Under the pieces are notes generated by a model that saw only the letters and a list, made by a program, of their open reading frames with translations, made no database searches and was not told the DNA's origin. The translations under genes were made by a program, and so were the position numbers. A stretch of 63,870 nucleotides of DNA, filler included, from Octopus bimaculoides (Eukaryota): NCBI RefSeq assembly GCF_001194135.2. It is 9 parts of 7 records of this genome, joined end to end, with 100 filler letters (N's around TTAATTAATTAA, not from the genome) between each part and the next. Parts side by side here need not be neighbours in the genome. Positions count along the whole stretch, not along the records: positions 22,283 to 49,789 come from NC_068981.1; positions 49,890 to 51,992 come from NC_068987.1; 7 more parts are not named here. One strand, given 5' to 3'. This document shows positions 38,429 through 51,606 of the stretch, in pieces. The number at the start of each line of letters is the position of its first letter. Position 1 is the stretch's first letter.

Positions 38429-40112
38429 TGTTAACATGTACACAGAGGCACAAACGGACGATTATATAGACAGGTGTTTAACGTGTGAACTTATCAATAT
38501 AACTTGTATGCATGAATGTGTTTGCGAGTGTGTGTGTGTGTGTTTGTCTGCAGGTGTGTCTGTCTGTCTCTGTGTGTGTGTGTTATTCTTCGCTACGAGT
38601 GAAAGGAAATTTGTCGGTGTGTATGCATATAATTGATTGCATAAAAGGGAGAGAGTGGGAGAGAAAGGAGAGGGGGAGAGAGAAAGTGAGAAGGGGAGAC
38701 GAGACAGAGGGAGACGAGACAGAGGGGGAGAGAGAGAGAGAGAGAGAGAGGCTCGCAGTGCGTTTGTCTATGTGTATGCGTGCATATTACTTGCTGAATT
38801 ATGGGGCGTGACTGCCGACAAGCATACACTCACACACTCTATGATAGTGACAGGCAAAAAGACACACACATACACTCAAAAAATTCGCTGGCACATGATG
38901 AAATTTTTTTACGCTAAAACTAAACACAAACGGTCGCACACACATACCATCTCGTACGAACACAAACATACATGTGTGCGTGTTACAATGTATTGATATG
39001 TACCTGTGTACAGTATACCAATATGAACGTACGTGCATTTATAAATACGTACACGAATTAATACACGCAAATACGTTAGTACGTGCGTATGGGTCGTCGT
39101 GGCTAGAGCTAACGACTCGACATGGTAAGAAGCCCTACCATCCCGCCACAGTTTGGCGTTAAGTTGTAGACCTACGATCACCAGATGAGCTGCCAGTAGT
39201 AACACGCCAAGCCCTTGTCCAGCAGCCGTGGATTGACAACACACACACACATATATACTTAAATATACAAAGGTATATTCCCATATGCACACACATACAT
39301 GCATACACACACACACACACAACATGGATACGCACACTCACACACATATACCCTTTTTGCTCTTAGTTGACTGCGGCCATGCTGGAGCACTGCCTTTAGT
39401 CGAGCAAATCGACCCCCAGGTCTTATTCTTTGGAAGCCTAGTACTTATTCTATCGGTCTCTTTTGCCGAAACGCTAAGTTACGGGGGTCATAAACACACC
39501 AGCATCGGCTGTCAAGTGATGTTGGGTGGTGGGGGGGGGACAAACACAGACAAACAAACATATACACACATATATATATATACATATACAAATATATACG
39601 ACNNNNNNNNNNTGCCGAAACGCTAAGTTACGGGGGTCATAAACACACCAGCATCGGCTGTCAAGTGATGTTGGGTGGTGGGGGGGGGACAAACACAGAC
39701 AAACAAACATATACACACATATATATATATACATATACAAATATATACGACGTGCTTCTTTCAGTTTCCGTCTACCAAATCCACTCACAAGGCTTTGGTC
39801 GGCCCGATGCTATAGTAGAAGACACTTGCCCAAGGTGCCACGCAGTGGGACTGAACCCGGAACCATGTGGTTGGTAAGCAAGCTACTTACCACACAGCCA
39901 CTTGTACGCCTATGTATTTTTATGTTCGGACCTGTTTGTCTCGCTTAGAAGTTTGTCCTGAATCACATATAGATTCAAGTTCAAGCCCGAAGCGCGGTAT
40001 TGTAAGGAAATGCCTTCTGCTGTAGTTTCACCAAATACTGTATGAAAGAGATTTATAGTACCCGGCGTACACTCACACATTTGCCTGTCTGTCCGTTTGT
40101 TCGTATGTACGA

Positions 40113-40145
<33 letters not shown>

Positions 40146-40670
40146 TGTATGTAGCAGTGCGCGAGCGCGTGGGTTTTGTGTGTCTGTGTATGTTTGTATC
40201 TACGGAACGAAGGTGCACAATATCTGTAGAAACAGTAAAGCGTCGGACAAAATGCACCGCTGTATAAGGGTGCTTCTTGTAACGTTCTAAGTTCAAATCA
40301 CACCGCAGGCGCCCGTGCATTTTTAATTGCCCATGGTCTGATAAATTAAGTCACTTCATTTAATAGGTGCAGTTTATAAGACTATAACAGGTTCGACAAA
40401 AATTTCATAGTTTTCTGCCACAATTAGAAGTGGTTTGTATAACATGAACATACATACAAATGCGTGTGTGCGTGTGTGTGTGTGTGTGTATGTGTGTGTG
40501 TGTGTGTGTATTTCTGTGGGTGTGTTTTGTATTTATATGTGTGAATTTATGTCTTAATAATTAGGCTACGGTAGTTCACTCAACCAAACAACTAGACCAG
40601 GTCTTCGTCTCAATGGTGGTTGCTATCAAGCTGTGAGATATGTAATATATTTATACACTAGCGTATGAGG

Positions 40671-40707
<37 letters not shown>

Positions 40708-41244
40708 CACAAGTAGACATTTACAAGTTTTCGTTCTCTACTGCAAAAACACATATTAAACACATACATATACATGGTAGAATTACCAAAAAATAAAAAC
40801 AAAAATAAAATTAACTGCCGTTTAAATACATTCATGGCTGTTCTTACCATTTGCATAAACATTTATCTATGTGCGTGTGTCTGTGTGTGCGAGAATAGTT
40901 TACAACTGTATGAGAAAGTTTGCAGTAGAATTTTAAAACAGCATTCGCATTGAAGGCAGTGCCCCAGAATGACCGAATTCCAGTGACTGAAACAAGTAAA
41001 AGATGAAGGACAAACAATACATTTAGTCACTGTGGGTGCACAATGTCTCCATAGGTAGTCGGTGCTATAAATTTTTGTCTATGTGAATTAAAGAAATGGG
41101 GTAAATGTACCCCACAAATAAAGCATAGAATTTAAATATGGTAGGTTTACCACTAGGTGCAACTGCGACTGCAGCTGATAGTCCAGATATCCGGTATATA
41201 TACTTTTGGGAATTTAATTGATAGTTACTTCTGTAGTTAAACTC

Positions 41245-41292
41245 TATGCGAATATTCGCATATTATACGAATATTCGCATATTATGCGAATA
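41245..41292. repeat. 19-bp tandem repeat of an 18-bp palindrome x2.5
   Basis: tatgcgaatattcgcata(t) repeated. Confidence 0.9.
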
Positions 41293-41592
41293 AGCTTTTA
41301 TATATATATATTGAGGTTAGACAGAACTGATTTGCTATTCTTTCATGCATTTACTAGTCTCGGTCATTGCACTGCGGCCATGCTGGGGCAACGCGTTGAA
41401 GAATTTTTAGTGCAGTGAATCGACCCCAGTACTTGTATATAGTTAAAGATTGGCACTTACTCTATCGGACTCTTTTGTAGAACCGCCAAGTAACGGGGAC
41501 ATAAACACAACGACACCGGTTGTCAAGCGGTGATGGGGAATAAACACAAGCACAAACACACACATACACACCCTCAATATATATTTATACAG

Positions 41593-41661
<69 letters not shown>

Positions 41662-42317
41662 CATANNNNNNNNNNNNNNNNNNNNNNNNNNNNNNNNNNN
41701 NNNNNNNNNNNNNNNNNNNNNNNNNNNNNNNNNNNNNNNNNNNNNNNNNNNNNNNNNNNNNNNNNNNNNNNNNNNNNNNNNNNNNNNNNNNNNNNNNNNN
41801 NNNNNNNNNNNNNNNNNNNNNNNNNNNNNNNNNNNNNNNNNNNNNNNNNNNNNNNNNNNNNNNNNNNNNNNNNNNNNNNNNNNNNNNNNNNNNNNNNNNN
41901 NNNNNNNNNNNNNNNNNNNNNNNNNNNNNNNNNNNNNNNNNNNNNNNNNNNNNNNNNNNNNNNNNNNNNNNNNNNNNNNNNNNNNNNNNNNNNNNNNNNN
42001 NNNNNNNNNNNNNNNNNNNNNNNNNNNNNNNNNNNNNNNNNNNNNNNNNNNNNNNNNNNNNNNNNNNNNNNNNNNNNNNNNNNNNNNNNNNNNNNNNNNN
42101 NNNNNNNNNNNNNNNNNNNNNNNNNNNNNNNNNNNNNNNNNNNNNNNNNNNNNNNNNNNNNNNNNNNNNNNNNATTCCTCTGAGTATATATAGTTGAAAT
42201 TTACAGAAAAACAAAAGACGAAGGTAGGTGTGTGAACAACAAACAGGTGTATTAGATTGACGCTCGAGAAAGTGAGATGTATATTTAATAATAATAATAA
42301 TAATATTAATAATAATA

Positions 42318-42382
<65 letters not shown>

Positions 42383-45083
42383 TAGCATTATCCTGCGATT
42401 GAGAATTTAAAATCACTTCTTTAACTTTCTAAAGACATCTCAACGCTTCTAAAAAGCAAACTTCGTTTGTTTGTTTACGTTTGTCGTAATTTGAACTTAT
42501 ATATAACGGGCTTCCGTCAGATTCCATCTAGAAAGTCCACTCACAAGCCTTCTGTCTACACTTGCCTAAGGTGCCAAACAGTGGAACGGAACCTGGATCC
42601 TCGCAGCTGAGAAGGAATCTTCTCAAACATACATACAAATACATATATATTCGTTCTTTTACCAGTTTTAATTCGAGACCTGCGGCCATGTTTAAGCACC
42701 GCCGTTATATCTATCTTTCTATCTCTCTCTCTCTCTCCATATATATATATATATATATATAAAGCATGACTGCAATCTACTAACTGAAACAAGTAAGATA
42801 TATTTATATACATATATATGTCTGTGCGTGTGTGTTTATATTTATACATAATCACACACACACACGTGTGTGTGTGTATGTAAGTGAAGTAGTGGTGCTT
42901 AGGAGAGGTCAAGTCCTAGTAGTTCAAACTAGGAATAAAATACAGAGAGAATCATGTATAATTGTTTGTAGTTTGTTGTGTATGTGTATGGACATTATTT
43001 TCGTGTGCGTATGGGTGTACAATTCTTTGTATAAATAAATAACTTTTGTGAATCAAAACCGACAATAACCTTATTCACTCATTCAGTCTTTCTTGCTTTC
43101 TCTTTCTCTCACTCCTTCATTCACGATTGTGCGGATGTGTCCGTGTGTATGTGTTTAAGTGTGTATTTCTCTCACAACCTCTGCGTGCGTGCTTGTGTGT
43201 GTGTGTGTGAGTGTGCGCATGCGCGTGTGTGAGTGTGTGTGTCTTGCCCAGGCCAAGACGTGCTGGATAGTGTGCGAAACGCAGTGAAGCCTATAGCGGT
43301 GGGATTCGTGATTTATTAATTTAATGTTTTTTTTCCCCCTCATCTATTTTTAAAGATATTTATTTACTCCTTATTACAGTGCATTACCAAAAGTAATAGC
43401 ACTAATATATAGCAAACAGGTTGATACACAAACATGAAAAAATAATGCGTATATATTAATGTATATCTATGTGTGTGTGTGTGTCTTTTGCTTTTTACTT
43501 GTTTCAGTTATTTGAGTGCAGCCATGGTGGAGCACCGCCTTTTATAGTCGAAGAAATCGACCCCATGACTTATTCTTTGTTAGCCTGGTACTTATTCTAT
43601 CGGTGTTTTTTGCCGAACCGCTAGGTTACGGGGACATAAACATACCAACATCGGAGGGAGGTTATAAACACAAACACAAAGACACACATTTCTCCATTTT
43701 TTTTCGTCCTTGTTTTCGTATACATTCGCTTGCTTTCTTCCAAAGAATCCAGTGCTCTTAGCTTAGATTTTCTTGGGACCGGCCAGATTGGAACAGTCTC
43801 GAATGTAACCGGCCGAAACTGCAACGACGATCTGGAACTCGACTGACGATAGAAAGCTCCGGATGACTCGTCCTTGTTTTTCCAGTCCCTTTTTTGTATC
43901 GACTAACTGGCCGGATGTTTTGTTTTCGCCTGTTACGTTCTTGTTCTAATTTTATATATACATACATATATANNNNNNNNNNNNNNNNNNNNNNNNNNNN
44001 NNNNNNNNNNNNNNNNNNNNNNNNNNNNNNNNNNNNNNNNNNNNNNNNNNNNNNNNNNNNNNNNNNNNNNNNNNNNNNNNNNNNNNNNNNNNNNNNNNNN
44101 NNNNNNNNNNNNNNNNNNNNNNNNNNNNNNNNNNNNNNNNNNNNNNNNNNTATATATATACATACGACGGGCTTCTTTCAGTTTCTGTCTACCACATCCA
44201 CTCACAAGGCTTTGATCGGTTCGAGCCTATAGTAGAAGACACTTGCGCAAGGTGCCACGCAGTGGGACTGAACCCGGAATTATGTGATTGGGAAACCAGC
44301 TTCGTACCACATAGCGACGCCTATACATATGCGTATAAATATTAATACATATACATGTATCCATAGATCCATAGACATTAGATATAATGCTTTGTTAGCT
44401 TTGATGCAATTCTATGCAGATTGAGTTCAAATCCATCCGGGAACAACTTTTCATTTGTCCATTTGTGGTCGATAATCTATATTATCGCACAGAGAATCTG
44501 ACAGACACATTCCTTAAAAGGGTCGGATGGATTGCGTTGCGATATCTCATCCGACCCTTCTACCTACTAGAGTCCTAGTAATACTAAACGTTGATGCGAA
44601 AAAAACAAAGAGACTGTTTGTAAAACTGCAATATATATAGTAAACCTAGTACAATAGAGGCAGATGAACATAAAGCTGTCAGGTGTACAGCGCCTGCGAA
44701 CATTCTACTCACGTTGCGGTATATGCTTCGAGTCTTTAGCTACTGAGTTCAATTTCCGTCGAAGCCATCTTTGACATACATCCCTCTAATGCAGTTAAAG
44801 AAAAGTATCAACCAAATATTGTAGCCCAAATAAACGAGTAACACGCCACTTCAAAACTATTTACATTGGACCTAAATTAAAAACAGGTGTCAGAAGCGTT
44901 AGTATACCGGCCGAAATGTTTAACGGCATTTCGACCGTCTTTCTGCTCAGAGTTCAAATTCCGCCGACTTTGCCTTTCATCTTTTCAGAGTCAATAAATT
45001 AAGTACCAGTGAAACACTGGGGTCGATATAATCGACTGGTCTCCTCCCCCAAAGTTTCAGGTCTTGTGCCTATAGCAGAAAGG

Positions 45084-45160
<77 letters not shown>

Positions 45161-45648
45161 ATAATCATAATAAATTCATTGCATATCGGACATTGTTGGT
45201 GTTGTACTTGCACTTGTTTTCTATAATTTTACTGGTTACATTAAACTTCGGCCATGTTGGGTTACACACCTTAAAAGTTGTTACTCCGCCATTTTGAATT
45301 TCGTTTCACGGCGCATATTTACTTGTGTGTATGCAGGTATTTACACAGGTAAGCATAAACACACGCACCCTCACACGCGCACACACTCAAACTGTTCACA
45401 GTTTCCGTCCACCCCATATTCTCCTCCATCCCGAGGCTATGCTTAGATGACATTTGGGCCCAAGGTGTCGCGCAATGGAAATGAACTCGATACCACGTGC
45501 TTGTGAAACGAACCTCTTAAACCAGACAGCCATTGCCTGCGGCTATCATCAATTTGTTAATTTTTCTTAATTCACAAAATCTCATATGCAGAATTTATTT
45601 CGCATGTGTATTGTTCGTAATATTTGTAATATGTGTATAAGGGCTAAT

Positions 45649-45702
<54 letters not shown>

Positions 45703-46656
45703 GTGAGTCTGTATGTGTATGCTACTTTTAGTGGTTTATTCTTTGATTTGTTTCAGTCATTTGATTGCGGCCATGCTGGAGCACTGCCTTTAGTCGACTA
45801 ACTCGACCCCAGGTCTTATTCTTTGTAAGACTAGTACTTATTATATCGGTCACTTTTGCCGAACCGCTAAATACGGGGACGTGATCACNNNNNNNNNNNN
45901 NNNNNNNNNNNNNNNNNNNNNNNNNNNNNNNNNNNNNNNNNNNNNNNNNNNNNNNNNNNNNNNNNNNNNNNNNNNNNNNNNNNNNNNNNNNNNNNNNNNN
46001 NNNNNNNNNNNNNNNNNNNNNNNNNNNNNNNNNNNNNNNNNNNNNNNNNNNNNNNNNNNNNNNNNNNNNNNNNNNNNNNNNNNNNNNNNNNNNNNNNNNN
46101 NNNNNNNNNNNNNNNNNNNNNNNNNNNNNNNNNNNNNNNNNNNNNNNNNNNNNNNNNNNNNNNNNNNNNNNNNNNNNNNNNNNNNNNNNNNNNNNNNNNN
46201 NNNNNNNNNNNNNNNNNNNNNNNNNNNNNNNNNNNNNNNNNNNNNNNNNNNNNNNNNNNNNNNNNNNNNNNNNNNNNNNNNNNNNNNNNNNNNNNNNNNN
46301 NNNNNNNNNNNNNNNNNNNNNNNNNNNNNNNNNNNNNNNNNNNNNNNNNNNNNNNNNNNNNNNNNNNNNNNNNNNNNNNNNNNNNNNNNNNNNNNNNNNN
46401 NNNNNNNNNNNNNNNNNNNNNNNNNNNNNNNNNNNNNNNNNNNNNNNNNNNNNNNNNNNNNNNNNNNNNNNNNNNNNNNNNNNNNNNNNNNNNNNNNNNN
46501 NNNNNNNNNNNNNNNNNNNNNNNNNNNNNNNNNNNNNNNNNNNNGGCTAAAAGCAACAGTAACATCCACCCCTAGGGGTCAGCCACACTTAAGTGGCAAT
46601 ATACTACACTTTATCGTGCAGTTACTGTTAATACTTCATTTAGAGAATTAACATTG

Positions 46657-46695
<39 letters not shown>

Positions 46696-48608
46696 TCGAC
46701 ACGCTTCTTTCAGTTTCCGTTTACCAAATCCACTCACAACGTTTTGATCGGCCCGAAGCTATATATATTAGGGCAAGTAGAATACTTCGCCCGATATTTC
46801 GCTGTTACATAATCAGAGTTGTTTTGTCGTTGATGATAATGATGATGATGATGGTGACAACGACAATATGCTTTCATTTTATTTAATCGAATGTATGTCT
46901 GAAATTAAAACCATACCATCATGCAACGGGGTAGTGGGAAGGAGACAACGTATGAAAGAGTCCTAGATAACCCATGCCTAAAATTGCAGATGAAGTTGTC
47001 ACTACAACAATTCCTTTGATCATAGACCGGTCCTTGTCACACTTGATCTAGGGCTAAATAACCTTGCTAATTTCTCTCTACACAAGATTATTCAAAAATC
47101 AAAATTGTATAGACGGTATGATATGAACGGAGATAAAAGAAGTATGTTTAATTTATGGCTCGCAGTTACTTATTATATATCTTATAATAGATATGTATAT
47201 ATGTATGTATATCTATATGTACACACATATATTTATATATATATGTATATATATGTGTATATATATATANNNNNNNNNNNNNNNNNNNNNNNNNNNNNNN
47301 NNNNNNNNNNNNNNNNNNNNNNNNNNNNNNNNNNNNNNNNNNNNNNNNNNNNNNNNNNNNNNNNNNNNNNNNNNNNNNNNNNNNNNNNNNNNNNNNNNNN
47401 NNNNNNNNNNNNNNNNNNNNNNNNNNNNNNNNNNNNNNNNNNNNNNNNNNNNCAGCATAAAAGAAAATAATGCAAATCGATGGCTTGTAGTTTTTCTATG
47501 TACATCAATATTTTGGTGTTAAGATATACACTACTGATCAAGGAAATTAGCCCACAACATCATTTCTCTGAATATTTCCTGAAGAAGTGCTCCTCATCCC
47601 GAAATACTGAAATCCAAGGTAAAAGTACAAACTGTGGATTTGTATTATTTCTCAAAACTTGCATTGTTTAGCTTTATTAAAAGAAAAGTATAAACTTTCT
47701 TATATATATATATATCAAACAATCCTTCATGAAAGCTATAATACACTAATGCACATACACGCACTCACACGCATACACACACGGGTAAATGAATCGAAAC
47801 TTAAATAATGCTGGACAAACTCGATTTTAATTGATTAGATCTCAGGCTTTCTGTAAATCGTTTTGCACAAAATACTGTAAATTATTTTATACGATGCATT
47901 ACTGAATTTATTATCTCGAGCTGTTTAGAAATAAACATAAGAAATGAGAACAGGATGTAATCAAAAGAGTATTGCAATCACATAATGTTTGACCAACGGC
48001 TAACATAGTATATATTAGGCATTTATAAGTTGTTTTTCATAGTCGTCTTATTTGCGAAACAACAGGTATTATCACAAAAATCCCCGTTTATTCATAGATG
48101 ATATACACAGACGCGCGCACACAAACAGACACATGCATACACACACATATATACAAATAAATATATGTGAGTATATATGTCTACATATGTGTGTGTGTCG
48201 GTGTTCTTTTTTATTTTGTGCCTGCGTCTGTGTACAAACCGATCAACATTTGCTGTACACACACACACACACATACAGACACACACACACACACACACAC
48301 ACACACTTATATACACATATGCACACACACACACACACACGCAAGTACATACTGAATTTTCTTATGTTTTACAAATTACATTTCGTGATAAACCGTTTTG
48401 TATCTCGTATTAGGAACAGGTGTTTTAAGCCTAGATTATGTAGAACATTAATCTACGTATGTGCCTGTCTGTGTGTAAATATATTCATGTATCTATATTT
48501 GTACGATATAAATATATATGTTTACATATATAGGCACAGGCCCACACAGACCCACATCCATACACGCATATACATACATATATATGTGTATGTGTGTTTG
48601 TATCTATC

Positions 48609-48650
<42 letters not shown>

Positions 48651-49063
48651 CATACGTATATTCANNNNNNNNNNNNNNNNNNNNNNNNNNNNNNNNNNNN
48701 NNNNNNNNNNNNNNNNNNNNNNNNNNNNNNNNNNNNNNNNNNNNNNNNNNNNNNNNNNNNNNNNNNNNNNNNNNNNNNNNNNNNNNNNNNNNNNNNNNNN
48801 NNNNNNNNNNNNNNNNNNNNNNNNNNNNNNNNNNNNNNNNNNNNNNNNNNNNNNNNNNNNNNNNNNNNNNNNNNNNNNNNNNNNNNNNNNNNNNNNNNNN
48901 NNNNNNNNNNNNNNNNNNNNNNNNNNNNNNNNNNNNNNNNNNNNNNNNNNNNNNNNNNNNNNNNNNNNNNNNNNNNNNNNNNNNNNNNNNNNNNNNNNNN
49001 NNNNNNNNNNNNNNNNNNNNNNNNNNNNNNNNNNNNNNNNNNNNNNNNNNNNNNNNNNNNNNN

Positions 49064-49102
<39 letters not shown>

Positions 49103-49574
49103 AGCATGCATACGTGTATAGACATGTGCAGGCATATGTATGTATGTGTGTGTGTGTTTATGTACGTGTGTGAGCATATATACTTGTCTGTGTGTATTCA
49201 AATTTTTGCAAATCTACATTGTTACTATATTTTACTAATTATCATTGTGACAATGAGATTTCTATCACCCATTAAGAACCGGAGGACATAGATTACGTAC
49301 ACCAATTTGTTTGTACGGAAGCCATTCATATACATATGCAAAACACATATTCAAAGTCATACACACATTCACACCTTCACACGCATACACAAACACACAT
49401 GCTCTAATATGCACGTACGAACACAAAATACAAACTCACACCCTCACACAGACGGTGAAATAAGCACATCACCTGTGCTGGCTTTGCTTTTATATATAGA
49501 CACAACTAATTCTAAAATAAAATCAACATGTGTCTGTGCATATGTATGTATGTATATATGTATATATGTTTGTG

Positions 49575-49607
<33 letters not shown>

Positions 49608-50484
49608 ATACATATATATATGTATATATATCTGCATATATATATGTAAGTTTGTATATATATGCATATATATGTGTATGTATGTATATATGTGTGCATG
49701 TATATATGTGTATATATTATGTTTACATATATGCATATATATAAGTATATATGCATACGTATAAGTTTATATATATGTATATATTCATANNNNNNNNNNN
49801 NNNNNNNNNNNNNNNNNNNNNNNNNNNNNNNNNTTAATTAATTAANNNNNNNNNNNNNNNNNNNNNNNNNNNNNNNNNNNNNNNNNNNNTGGTTAGGGCG
49901 GCGGACTCGCGGTCATAGGATCGCGGTTTCGATTCCCAGACCGGGCGTTGTGAGTGTTTATTGAGCGAAAACACCTAAAGCTCCACGAGGCTCCGGCAGG
50001 GGATGGTGGCGAGCCCTGCTGTACTCTTCCACCACAACTTTCTCTCACTCTTACTTCCTGTTTCTGTTGTGCCTGTAATACGTTAAGGGTACACATGTCT
50101 GTGGAGTGCTCAGCCACTTGCACGTTAATTCCACGAGCAGGCTGTTCTGTTGATCGGATCAACTGGAACCCTCGACGTCGTAAGCGACGGAGTGCCAACA
50201 ACAACAATATATATAGTATGTAGATAAGGTCATAATTGAAGCTGTCTTCATAAAGCACATCTGTATATCCTAATACTCCTTAGTATATTTGAAGATGTTA
50301 TATTTTACATGAAAGTCGAAGATACTGGAGTATTTAAATACTAGGAAATACGTAGTGCAAAGTATATAATTACATATTTAAAGAGAAAACTGGAAACATT
50401 TTTGGGTATTATTTATTCCGTATTACATATGTTCCATTAATACGAGTTACATGGGTAAGTAATGGTCACCCACAGTATCAAATT

Positions 50485-51075
50485 AAGAGTGTAACTCGAA
50501 GCAATTCAACTGTGGTACACTAAGGAGATTGTGTCAGTTGACTATTGAGGTACTGGGAGAGGTTAAAAGAGTTACAATATCTTTCTCATTTTCGCCCTGG
50601 AGCAAAGATGGGAAAGACATGCAAGTATATATATGGAAGATCTTGGAAGGGCTGGCATCGAAAGCATACCAACCCAGGATAGGACGCTTCTGCACTGTGT
50701 CAAAGGGCCCAGCTACACGGCTATATATATATATATATATGGAAGATCTTGGAGAGGTTGGCACCAAACTTTGGCATCGAAAGGCATACTAACCCTGGGT
50801 AGGATGCTACTGCATTGTGCCAAAGGGCCCAACTACACCGTCTAGAGTGAGGGCCAGATACTGCAATAGTTTGGGATTCGAAGGCCTACAGCTGTTTAAT
50901 ACCTTAACAAACAAAATTGAGGGATAGACTAGGTCACGGCAAGAAATTCATATGAGACAGCAATATCAATTTCATTCATTAAAGCAAATCTTATGAGAAT
51001 GGACATTGTGAAGGTGATGGTAATGACGGTGCTCCAGCATAGGCACGACCTTTGGGCAGGAACACACAAAGAAAA
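50485..51075 (+). mobile_element. Decayed CR1-like LINE ORF2 3' region with internal duplication
   Basis: LEAIQ..YTK, YWERLKELQ, ALEQRWERH, IYIWKILEGLA, YCNSLGFEGLQLFN motifs across frameshifts; ggtgctccagcat tail near 51028. Confidence 0.65.
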
Positions 51076-51565
51076 CGCAGGAAATTAATGTACTTGCTAA
51101 AAAGTATTGAGTAATCCTTCAGTTTAATGTAAAATTGTTTTTATGTGTAACTTGTCATAAAAACAAACATTAATATACGAACGCACGCGCACACGGAAAC
51201 ACACACACACACACACACATGTACATCCACTTGTACATATAGAGTCATATAAAAATATGTGTGTGTATGTGTGTGTTTGTCTGTTACTATGTATTATTTT
51301 GTGTACTGATTTTTTCCATTTATAAAATGCAAAGCACAGTAATACTCCACACACAATAAGTAGAATATTTACAGACACACACTTACACAGACACACACAT
51401 ACACAGACACACACTTACACAGACACACACATACACAGACACACACATACACAGACACACACAAAACTCCTACCCGAAACACACACAAACAGCAACACAT
51501 TTTATGTCTGCTTATCATTGTACATTAGCATACGAACACAACTCTCCTTTTCTCTACCTCTTTCT

Positions 51566-51606
<41 letters not shown>

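Noticed and set aside
39464-39750. Exact duplication of about 140 bp within a B SINE across a 10-N gap
   Set aside because: Same assembly artefact pattern.
47522-47619. Possible exon (YTLLIKEISPQHH.. on plus, or VFRDEEHFFRKYSEK* on minus)
   Set aside because: Contradictory strands, weak AAG acceptor, and better explained by a degenerate hammerhead/Penelope-like remnant.
49890-49945. tRNA-Arg-like sequence
   Set aside because: Head of a family C SINE continuing into the SINE body; no proper acceptor stem. The same applies to other SINE heads.
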